A stretch of DNA of 64,000 nucleotides from Macrostomum hystrix (lineage: Eukaryota; Animalia; Platyhelminthes), in contig CATNEN010000033.1 of assembly GCA_950097015.1 (NCBI GenBank), positions 3,286,001 to 3,350,000 on the forward strand, read 5' to 3'. The number at the start of each line of letters is the position of its first letter. Positions within the stretch are counted from its first letter, which is position 1. A program made the position numbers and the translations under genes. Positions 14,080 to 25,700 of this stretch are shown here, piece by piece. Below the pieces are notes generated by a model. It had not been told where the DNA came from. It was given only the letters and a program-made list of their open reading frames with translations, and made no database searches.

Positions 14080-14560
14080 GAGTTGTTATTTCTAAGAAAC
14101 CGATCTTCGCAGTTTCTAAGAATCCCCTCACAAATACCGTCATTTCTACGATTCTTAGAGTCTCTTTTCGATCTACTTTCGTTTTGTCTAGAATCTCATA
14201 TCGCATCGTTCCTAAGATTCACCTCTCAGTCTTATTTTCATTCAGAAAATCACCTCTGGATTATCTTTAGATTATAAGATACCCGTTTCAGAATCACCTT
14301 TCGATAACCTTTGTTCTAAGAATTCCAATTCAAACCCTTTATTTCCAAGAAGAATCGCTTCATTTCTAAGAATCCTATTCAGAAGCACCTTATTTCTAAG
14401 AATCCTTACTAAGAATCGCCAAATTTCTTAGAATCCTTACTTAGAATCGCCTAATTTCTAAGAATCCTTACTTAGAATCACATACTTTCCACGAATTCTA
14501 TTTAAAATCGTCTCATTTTTAGGAATAAAATTTAGAATCCATCTGTACGAGTCTCCTATT
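14080..14560. repeat. Old degenerate tandem repeat built on TTCTAAGAATC motifs
   Basis: Recurrent TTCTAAGAATCC / TTAGAATC words at irregular spacing of about 30 bp. Confidence 0.7.
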
Positions 14561-15523
14561 GAATCCATTGTTTTCTAAAACCTTCTCTTTAATTTCATGC
14601 AAAAATTATTTCCGCTCTAAATCTATTTTATTTTTGCGCCGAATCATTGAAGACATCTCAAAGCTCTCCTGTCGCAGCAGGTGGCATCGCAACCTCATCG
14701 ATAGCCTCAGCACTGTAGCCAAGCTCCAACCCGAAGTGCCTTGCAACTTGGAGAGAAAAATGTATGCAAGAATTGTATTCTCCAACTCGCTCTTTTATTT
14801 CAGTCTCTTGTCCGCAATGCTGCTAAGGCTTGGCTTGCTGAGCGAAAATGCTGACAGAAATGTGACCGAAAACCGGGTCAGGCGCATCCACCCCCTCCCC
14901 CTGACTTGACACACGCAACACCAACTGAGCAGCAGCTAGCAGCTACATTCGTTACTAAATTTAGGCATAAGATTCTTCCAGATCTGGCTATAACATCCGA
15001 ATGCTTCAGTAGAAGGCCTAGTGCTGTTTTGCTATATAGTACATTTTATGTACTCTTGTTTATCTACGAATCAAATCTCAATGTCGATTGTCACCTCCCA
15101 TATCTCAGATATACAGTGCATCCCGAGCTCGAGCCCTATTAGTCAGTCAATATTCACTCCCTCGTGACTCCTGATTTCTTCCCTCTTGCTGTGATTTTGT
15201 TTTATTTCTTTTTTTAAGAGCTTGGAGCTGTCAAGCAGTTTCGAAAGGAGCTCACCGCTTAATAACTCAGGGGAAGTGTGTTGTCACCAAACTGGGTCCA
15301 TTGTTTGATAGCGGAATCTTGCAACGGATTTCTTAGAATCCTTGAAATGTCTTTCCTACCGTCAAACTGGTCCTCATTGTGGACTAGTACTTCCTTCTGC
15401 CTGCCGCGGGCGCTGCTTCCGGATATGGGTTGAGCTGTCCATCGAAAAAAACTCGATTCCAGGTACAGGCGGAGGTCCAGATGTGCAAAGCCTCTTATAG
15501 CGGCGAAATTCCCAAAAAAGGAA

Positions 15524-16055
15524 GAAAAATCTGGCTATCCACTGAATATCTGGAAGCAGATGTAGGCTATGCACTGAATATCTGGAAGCTGATGTAGGCT
15601 ATCCACTGAATATCTGGAAGCAGATGTAGGCTATCCACTGAATATCTGGAAGCAGATGTAGGCTATACACTGAATATCTGGAAGCAGATGTAGGCTATGC
15701 ACTGAATATCTGGAAGCAGATGTAGGCTATGCACTGAATATCTGGAAGCAGATGTAGGCTATCCACTGAATATCTGGAAGCAGATGTAGGCTATCCACTG
15801 AATATCTGGAAGCAGATGTAGACTATCCACTGAATATCTGGAAGCAGATGTAGGCTATCCACTGAATATCTGGAAGCAGATGTATGCTATCCACTGAATA
15901 TCTGGAAGCAGATGTATGCTATCCACTGAATATCTGGAAGCAGATGTAGGCTATCCACTGAATATCTGGAAGCAGATGTAGGCTATCCACTGAATATCTG
16001 GAAGCAGATGTAGGCTATCCACTGAATATCTGGAAGCAGATGTAGGCTATCCACT
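15524..16055. repeat. 32-bp minisatellite (GGCTATCCACTGAATATCTGGAAGCAGATGTA)n
   Basis: Period 32 (15541 vs 15573). Confidence 0.96.
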
Positions 16056-16899
16056 GAGTAACAATGCAGGACTAGTCCTAAGAAGCACATGCAGATTATC
16101 CTAAAGGAACCCAATGAAGAATCAGCTCGGAGCCCACATCCCATGAGGTGGTGGGAAGCGGCTTGGGTGGCCGAACCGCTTCTACTTTGCACCAAACCGA
16201 GCCTTCCCGGTCTGATTTTTGACCGCTTCGCAACAGATCAAAGTGAAATTTTGGCGGCCCAACTCCACTTTCTATTATCTTTTTTGAGATTTTCGAAAAA
16301 ACCCCCCAGCCCCGCAGCCGCAGCCGCAGCCGCAGTGCATAATAAATTGTCGGTAAGGAGGAGAGAAGATCAAGCACTCGGGTATGTTCCCAGAGAGATG
16401 AAAAATGCTTGCAGAGGGCGGGGTAGGAGGCGCCGCCAGGCATTTTGATATGAGGATCCCAGACCGGTGGGTCGCCAGGGACGAAAGGTCAGGCCGATGA
16501 ACTTTTCCTTTCAATTGCCGCCGCCGCCGCCGCCGCTGATACGTAACGCCAGAGCGGCCCGAAAGTTCGAAAGCCCCTGGAGCCACTAAGGCTTGTCGTC
16601 GCGAATCCTTTTGTCTCCTAGCCAACAGGATTGTTCTTCCCAGCAACAAGCGGCCGGCTTCATCTGTCTCGCGCTTGTCCCCTCGCTGCACCTGCGCGCC
16701 TGACTGACTGACTGCGCTGGGAGAAAGGTCCCTAGGTGCCGGACGGGTATTCGGACCCGATCCCCTTCGCCAGAAACTCCTTTGTCGGCGAACCGACCGG
16801 CCCAGTAGCCCCCCTGCCCGCCCCTGCGCGCCCCAATCTAGCAAGTGATATCTAATGTGTTTTATCTCTAACCAACTGGCGAGTCAGGCAATGTGTTAC

Positions 16900-17050
16900 C
16901 TACCACGTGAAATTCAGGCTCGTTGGCTAACTGCGAAGCTCGCTAGACTAAGCCTGGGCTAGCTCTCATTGGCTGCGAGGCGGCATTGGGGGGGGGCGTC
17001 CCACGCAACGCTCTAAAGTGGCATAAAAGGAGCCAGGAGAAAACCAGTTT
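16900..17050 (+). promoter_or_regulatory. Putative Pol II core promoter of the ETS gene
   Basis: E-box CACGTG 16904-16909; reverse CCAAT boxes (ATTGG) at 16968 and 16985; G-run/GC box about 16990; TATA-like CATAAAA 17022-17028; Inr-like CCAGTT 17044-17049. Confidence 0.5.
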
Positions 17051-17138
17051 AGAAGGCCCAAGTTCTCACTCTAAGACAGTCGACGCCAGCTAAGATCAAA
17101 GGCCCTTTGAACCACTTGATGCATACAGAGCATTCCTA

Positions 17139-17342
17139 ATGGCCTTCTTTGACGAGCAAGCGGACCAGTTTGTCATGGAGCTGCTGGCGGAGTCACCACC
17201 GCCCTGCGTTCGCGCCATGCCCGATCTGGCGAACCGACGACCTGGCCGAGTTGGACAGCAGCCAGTTCGCCGCGATGGCTGCTGCCTTTGATGATTTGCA
17301 GACGGTCGACAATGCAACTCTCATTGGCCTGTATCAGCCTGT

Positions 17343-17384
<42 letters not shown>

Positions 17385-17397
17385 TCAACAACACAAT

Positions 17398-17435
<38 letters not shown>

Positions 17436-18179
17436 ACCAGTGACTCATTTCGCCGACTTTCTCACAATCGACATCGACGACGAGCAGCCTATGTCGGATC
17501 AGCCAGTCGCAGCGACGCGAAGGCGCCGATCGGACTCGGGCTATTCGGCATCATCGATGCGGAGCCCGTGCGACAGCAGCAGCGGAGCCAGCAGCTGCTA
17601 CTGCGAGTCAAGCTCGCCGACGCAGCTGGCGGGCCCGGCGATACAACTGCCGCCGCAGGTCTCGAATCTGCCGCCCCCGCCGCCGCCGCTCCCACCGCAG
17701 CCGCCGTTTCAGCAGAGTCTATGGCCAGTGAGCGAGTCAGCGTCAGGCAAAGCCTCCAGTTCTAATTCAAAGTTTCGCGGCGGCAAAGTGCGAAGTGAGT
17801 AAACTTGTCTTCTAGAATTTCTGCTAGCAGCGTCATAAAACCTTTATCCCGGCCAATCATCCACACATCGATTCGCGATTTGTGAATCTCCGCAGAACCG
17901 AAAAGTCGGCAGCTGCAGCTGTGGGAGTTCCTGTACCAGCTGCTCCACCAGCAGTCGGACAACCGCGCCCTGATCTGGGAGAGCCAGGCTGACGGAGTGT
18001 TTCGGATTCTCCGGCCAACAGCGCTGGCGGAGGCCTGGGGCCGGCACCGCTGCCGCAGCAGCATGACTTACGAGAAGATGTCCCGCACCCTGCGCTATTA
18101 CTACGAGAAGCAGCTCATAACGAAGGTGACAGGCCGGCAGCACACCTACCGCTTTCACTACGACCGGTTCCCGCAATGA
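17139..18179 (+). CDS. ETS-domain transcription factor (ESE/EHF/ELF-like), 2 exons, poly-Q N-terminus; 5' end frame-disrupted
   Basis: Exon 1 ends 17794 (donor GTGAGT 17795, phase 1); exon 2 is 17896-18179 (acceptor CGCAG). The join reads KVRKPKSRQLQLWEFLYQLL...MTYEKMSRTLRYYYEKQLITKVTGRQHTYRF, a canonical ETS domain. The start is either ATG 17139 (needs a 1-nt frameshift near 17232) or ATG 17275. Confidence 0.9.
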
Positions 18180-21100
18180 CCAACCGCTGGCTCAGTGCAA
18201 CTCAGGGTGCGGGGACCCAGCGCGGATCCCTGGCCTTGATTTCTCTGTCTCAAAAAAAACAACTAGCAAAGCTAAACAAAGTCCTAGTGTTTCTGGTCTG
18301 TCATGTTATTCGGTCTCATGTCTACCAATTTTTCTCCTTTACCGCGATCTCACACTCACCTTCAACACACTAAAGCCACTGCGATCCCTCCACCTGCTTT
18401 GGTTGCATTTCGTTTTTATTACGTATTTTGAGAAACTTTTAGAAGATTCATAGAGACACGATAGAGACGAGACGCAGAGGCTGGTTAACACTGCAGCTCT
18501 GGCAAAGACCCGCGTGGCAGTGTCCATTGTAGTTCACTTGGTCAGCTGCAGTTTAGGACAAAACGTGCAGTGTTAATTTAGGCTTCATTTTCTCCGAGTG
18601 GGGTCAGGGTTAGAATAGGACTCCAAAGTGTGGACATCTGGCAGTTAGTGCTTCTGTTAGTGCAAATTCTTATTGCAAATTGCTATTGTAAATAGCAATT
18701 ACCCTAGGAAGTTATCAAGTTATCGAGTTATCAATCTCTTCACATTGTTGGTTTAGCTGGGATAATTTTTGTAAAGCAAAAAGTGGCACAGCAATGCCCC
18801 ATCATGATTAGTTGCACATTTATTTTTGCATTGTCCAATCATTGCTGCGAGATTTGGCTGGCAATCAAAGAATGCCCGGCTGCAAATTCTACAATTGATA
18901 CATTTTATTAATTAAAAAGTCTATTTTGCAAGCCCCAGCTCTCAGATTTCAATTCCTGTCTACTTCTCAGATGTTATTTTACAAAACTTAGATAATTTAG
19001 ATTGTTTCCAGGTAAGAGAAACACTTCTTTTTATTTGAGTTATTTAAACAACAAAAGACACACGCTACTACTGTTGAGTAAGACACAAGTAGTATGTTCT
19101 TACGTTGTCTGTGTTCTCAGCATTAAATCTTTCCCTCTACTGGTTTTGTGTCTCCTCCCCATTTCAATGTTGTAAGTCTAACTCAACCTCCTCAGGCTTT
19201 TTAGTTTTTGTTATCTATTTTTTCGAGCCGTGTTTAAATTTCACTTTCAATAGACTTGGGACTTGAGAGCCCGCAGAGTTGAGTTAATTAAAAATAATAA
19301 TAATTTTGCCTAGAATATTGCCAGTCCATTCGCGCACACTCGTCCAGTACGTCATGAATAATTTTTTGCAATTGCTAGCTTTTCCGCGCACTAACATTTT
19401 CCTTTCTTTTTCGATCAGATAAAATTTCTGACTTCAAGCAAGTTTCGTTGCGTTGCGCTTAGCTCTCAAGCAGAATGAATGAAGAGTATGTGTAATTAAG
19501 CTAGCTAATGATAAATATATTCATTGTCTTACTGATAATGTTATCAGCATAAGAAAACAAAGATTATATCATACGTCTTAGGGTTCATTTCTATGTTTCG
19601 CACGTGTAACTACTCCACTACGGGTTGGACTACGAGTAACAGTAAAACTGTAGGTATGATAATAGAAAGTAATCATAACAACAACAATAATAATCTAAGC
19701 GAAAATCTACAGAAAAATATTTATATATTTATATATTAATATACATTTATATATATATGTTCATGACTCACATATCACGAAGGGCATGTGATGGCTAGAG
19801 CATGGATTGTACGAGATCCTACTCACAAGTAATACTAAATGCGAGTTACAAATTTGCATCAAAATTGTTAACAAAAAAAAACATTTAATTTTTTGCAAGC
19901 CAACTTAATTCTCAAATTGAGTTGCTTGTAAAACTGAAGCTGCTGAAATGGGGGTTTCTCTTGCGAATTAGGCATCGAAATTTAGTAGTAGTAATAGAAG
20001 TAGTATAAGTAGTTGGCTAAGGCAAAGGCAAGAAGCTTGTTTTGCCAATATTAAGCGACGTTTATATCGATAATTTAAATAAGTGTTCGAAACTATATAC
20101 GATTGGCGCAGTTTAATTTAATTGGAAAGAAAATGAAAACGAGAATTTGAACGAGACGAATACTTCGATATTGCTATTAAAAAGGTCAACGGAATAGTTC
20201 ACCCCTGCCACGAAGATTGGGATTGACGCGAAATGGTATAGGGAAAAGCTAGAGATGAAAAAATATAAGTAACGAAGTAAATCAAGAGGCCACTGGTCGA
20301 GGTAACAAATTATTTGTGTGACGATCGACGTTGCTCTACGACGGCTGTAAAAGCTGCAAAGTGCATAAAAATAGATTACCAAAAATAGTAATAAAAAAAC
20401 TAATTAGCTAAAAATATAAATATTGCACCGAAGACTGCAGTCGTCACTGTCATCGCCGCGTCGCACGAGGACAACATCAATTAAAGCGAACGTTGCGAAT
20501 TCCGCATTGTATGTATTTGAATCGGATGTGCGATAATTCATTACAAGTAAAACAAAGACGCTAAAATATTGCTTTACATTTGATTTGACAGGTGTTTATA
20601 TCTAATTAAAGCCCCACTGTTGTCGGCAAAAAAGATCAATAAGTTCTAAAATTCTATTAGGGTGTCAACGACGATTGATGTGTGTAATAATTTCCTGGGC
20701 ATTTAACTCTCTTAAGTGACACTAAATAATATTTAATGTTTTTTTTGCTTCCGTACTAACTAATTGTTGTTGTGGTGTTTTAAAATATAAGAATGCATTG
20801 TTTTAAGAATGCGATGAAAGTATTTTATTTACTTACATGTGTTTTAATAATATTAGCAAACTTAGAGCAATAATTCTATAACTGATCTAAGTTAGCAAAA
20901 ATCAAATCGATAATCTTTGTGAATAACAAAATAAAAAACAAAAAATTGTCACAAAACGTCAAAAGAATGCCTAGCAGAAACTAGAACTTGTAATACTATC
21001 ATGTTTGTCCTAATGTTTCCATATTTTTGTCATAATGAGAAATTTTAAAATATCAACTTTTATTTACATTTTGTCATTGTAGATAAAAGTTTGCATCGAA

Positions 21101-21974
21101 ATTTCATATTTACATTATGAACCTGTGATAGTTAACTTCTGGGGTAGTTTCTTATCTACATATAACATATCCCTAGTCAGCATTGAGTATATTTCTATAC
21201 ATTAGTCAAAATTTTTTCAAGATCAATTAATGAACCCTCTCCAAAACATTCTTAATATTTCATTTCTCAGTTTCTCAAATCTCCAAAAATGGTGATGGCT
21301 TTTAAAAGTCATCCCTACAATATGCCACTCCATACAATGTTTTGTCTGAGTACAAGGCCAGTATGTATAAAGTTTTAAAAAAAAGTAAATAGAATAATTA
21401 AAGCTATTGAAAAAATTATGACTTCTACTTCTAAATACTTGTATACGCCATTAAAATATGTTATACTATTTTTTACTTTTGTTTTAACTACAAAAACAAA
21501 ACTTGTGTCAGTATAATATATAAGTTTGTACAAAGCATGTCAAAGTGAAGTATGAACTCATTCAAGCACTAAAAGACCTTAAAAACCTATAGACAACCCA
21601 CTAAAATTATAATGATTGTGAGGGACAAAAAATGTGCATTAGCTATTCAAGAGGTTTCCTTTCACATTCTTGTGTTTTTTGCTTAAAGTTTTATTGTATT
21701 TCAGCTTTTGCAACCAATTTTGATACCATTTTAGGATTGTGTAAAGCTACTCATTTTTTCTGGAAAGTTTTTTGTTAAATTTTACTTGTTTACATGTATC
21801 AAGATTGATACATAAAGCAGACAACCACGCATTAGCATTTTAGTGCGGTATAATATATTTGTTGTACTATATTGTTCTCTTTTAAATTTTGCAGCCTCAA
21901 TAATCATGCGCAGGCTCCATGGGATTATCTGAATTTGTATTCTAATATTTGTATAAACAAAGTCGCCCAAAAGA

Positions 21975-22677
21975 ATGTCCTCAAATCGGCAGTCTTTGTT
22001 CGGCAGTACGGCGGACAGGAATCGCCGACTGCGCCAACTGCAGGAGAGATTCAACGGGCCTCCGCCGGGTCAGCCGCTCAATGCTCCGCAGCTTCGCAGG
22101 CCAGCCGCTGCCCAGCAGGCGGCGGCGCCGGCCGCACCCGGCCGCCCCGTGTCCATCGTCAACCCGCTGAAGCCGGCGTTGAAAACTGCTCCGTCAGCTC
22201 CGGCTTCTGCGACTCCGGCGCCGCAGCCGACTGTTCCCTCTTCGACAAAGACGCTGACGTCCCCGACGGCGACTGCGGTGTTTGCCGACCAGCATCTGCA
22301 GCAGCATCATTCTGTGCACTTTTTGGAGTCACCGACGAACGAGAAGCCGCCTCCGCCACCGCCACAGAAGCTGGAACCGATGTTCCCGTTCGCCACGTAT
22401 TTGGGTCCGGTGAGCGGCGCTCCTGTCACCCCAGCCGATGTCAAGAACAGCCGCGCCAGGCCTTCGACTGAATCCGGGCAGCACGCCAAGATTGTCGGCC
22501 GCATGAGCATCGGCGTTGTCAACGGCCACATCGGCGGCTCCAGAATGCCGCCGCCGCAGGTTGCGCCGATTGCCGAGGATCGCGTCCCGACCGCAGCCGC
22601 ATCCGAGTACGCTAATGCCACTGTTGTTGCGGCCACCGCACTGGCCGAGCCGCTGCAGCGTCGGTCACGACTTCGAT

Positions 22678-22708
<31 letters not shown>

Positions 22709-25700
22709 GCCGCAGCCGCCGCAGAAGCATTTTTCTCCGCTACAGCCTTTCACTAGGGTAAGTTTCTTCTTCTCGGCGCAGATGAGTGGCTAGTCTGACT
22801 AGGACGAATGCCCCTGTAGCTCTTGAGAATACTCCCGTGCCGTCAGTTTTGCACCATCTCTGATGTAATTGATTAGTCGAAATAAATAAATGCATTGTCA
22901 CCTTCCGTCCACCCCTTTCACAGAAACAACCGCCTCAGCCTTCGCCTAGAATAAGGAGTCCCAGGCCTCCGACGCCTCAGTCGCGATCGTCGCCTTTGCC
23001 AATTCGTTCGCCCTCGCCCTCGCTTCCGTCGCCATCGCCGTTGCCTGCGTCATGTTCGCCTGCGCCGCAGCGTCCGGAGCGCCCGGCTCGCCGCCCGACA
23101 GGCAGCCAGACTCCTCCGCCGGAAACCGATCGCATCGGCTCTCGCAAGCAGCACGCCGACGATGTTGTCAGGGAGCTAATCTCCATGGACCGCGTCATCA
23201 GCAATGTGGATGAAGATCTCGGCTGCATCGACAACACCATCGGCCGCATGACCAGCAAGACCCTGTCGTTGTCAGCTGCCGCGGTTGACGACAGCAGCCT
23301 CTACGACTACGAAAGTAGCGCGGGCGGCAAAGGTGGGTTTGCGGGCGATGCTCAGGTCCAGACGGAGCAGCAACGGCAGCAGCAGCCGACTGCGGCTTCA
23401 GGGCGACGACGGGTGAGGTCTAGCAGCAGCAGCAGCTCCAGTAGTAGCTCATCCAGCAGCAGCAGTAGCAGCAGCAGCAAGGCCGATTCATCGGTACCGC
23501 ATTTCGGATCGTCCAATAAACCGTTCGCAGCTGATTTAGCTTCGCGCACTTCGCCGACAAAGCAGCAGCAGCAGCCGCAGCAGCAGCATCGATCTCGACG
23601 TTCCGAGTCGCCGATCTACGTGAATCTGGCATCATCGCAGCCTGAAAATGATCTTTCTGCAGCTTTGCAGCAGCGGGGAATGAGCCAGGTAGGAAGAATT
23701 GAATCATTCGATTTATGCACTTTTCGGATTCTAAGTTCAATTGCTCGATAACTAGTCTGGGAATGAATGCGGCAAGATTATTCGGCAATCTTTTTCTGCA
23801 TTCCCTTGCACGTATTGCGACTGTGTTGGACCCTATGAAGTATGCAAATCAATATATATTTCTGTATGCATTTTTTGCAAACTAATTAGCTCAACCGTCA
23901 GTTTTTCTGTATAGCCGCAGTTGGGGCGTCTCCTCATGCGTGCACATTTTCTGGGCCTTTTGGAAGCGACACTGAATTGCGCCATTCAAAACTGGGTCTT
24001 GGCGGTATCGTTTTGCTCCGGTTATAAACTGTACTTTTCCATTGCACTGCCACTTTTTAGATTCGTTTAAGCTTGAGATCTTTTGAGATGGGAGCTATGG
24101 GATCATCGGTGTGGGATTTCTAGACTCTTGGGATCATCGGTGTGGGATTTCTAGACTCTTGGGATCATCGGTGTGGGATTTCTAGACTCTTGGGATCATC
24201 GGTGTGGGATTTCTAGACTCTTGGGATCATCGGTGTGGGATTTCTAGACTCTTTGGATCATCGGTGTGGGATTTCTAGAAGCTTGGGATCATCGGTGTGG
24301 GATTTCTAGAAGCTTGGGATCATCGGTGTGGGATTTCTAGACTCTTAGGATCATCGGTGTGGGATTTCTAGAAGCTTGGGATCATCGGTGTGGGATTTAT
24401 AGAAGCTTAGGATCATCGGTGTGGGATTCCTAGAAGCTTAGGATCATCGGTGTGGGATTTCTAGAAGCTATGGGATCATCGGTGTGGGATTTCTAGAAGC
24501 TTGGGATCATCGGTGTGGGATTTCTAGAAGCTTGGGATCATCGGTGTGGGATTTATAGAAGCTTGGGATCATCGGTGTGGGATTTCTAGACTCTTGGGAT
24601 CATCGGTGTGGGATTTATAGAAGCTTGGGATCATCGGTGTGGGATTTCTAGACTCTTGGGATCATCGGTGTGGGATTTCTAGACTCTTGGGATCATCGGT
24701 GTGGGATTTCTAGACTCTTGGGATCATCGGTGTGGGATTTCTAGACTCTTGGGATCATCGGTGTGGGATTTCTAGACTCTTGGGATCATCGGTGTGGGAT
24801 TTCTAGACTCTTGGGATCATCGGTGTGGGATTTCTAGAAGCTTGGGATCATCGGTGTGGGATTTCTAGACTCTTGGGATCATCAGGTGTGGGATTTCTAG
24901 AAGCTTAGGATCATCGGTGTGGGATTTATAGAAGCTTGGGATCATCGATGTGGGATTTCTAGAAGCTTAGGATCATCGGTGTGGGATTTCTAGAAGCTTG
25001 GGATCATCGGTGTGGGATTTCTAGAAGCTATGGGATCATCGGTGTGGGATTTCTAGAAGCTTGGGATCATCCGTGTGGGATTTCTAGACTCTTGGGATCA
25101 TCGGTGTGGGATTTCTAGACTCTTGGGATCATCGGTGTGGGATTTCTAGACTCTTGGGATCATCGGTGTGGGATTTCTAGAAGCTTAGGATCATCGGTGT
25201 GGGATTTATAGAAGCTTAGGATCATCGGTGTGGGATTTCTAGAAGCTTGGGATCATCGGTGTGGGATTTCTAGAAGCTTAGGATCATCGGCGTGGGATTT
25301 CTAGAATATTAATTATGATTGATCTCACATCGAACACCCGCTATAACGCAGGCCGGACCTCTGCCTCGCCGGCCGAGGCACGCGTCAGCTGATCACTACG
25401 CTTCGTCGGAGGCCGACGCTCAGCAAGCGAGATCGCGTCGCAACAAATCCGCGACCCCGGACTCCAGCTTGCGATTCGAACCCGGAGATGCCGTGCGTTT
25501 CTAAATTTTCTTGGTCTTCATCTATTCTCTCTCATTTAGATCTATTCTGTCTCATCTAGATATATTCTCTCTCATCTAGATATATTCTCTCTCATCTAGA
25601 TCTTTCCTCTCTCATCTAGATCTTTCCTCTCTCACCTAGATCTTTTCTCTCTCATCTAGATCTATTATCTCTCATCTAGATCTATTCTCTCTCATCTAGA

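Noticed and set aside
20130-20320. Protein-like fragments (EFERDEYFDIAIKKVNGIVHPCHEDW / IDAKWYREKLEMKKYK)
   Set aside because: Short, frameshifted, with no start and no recognisable family.
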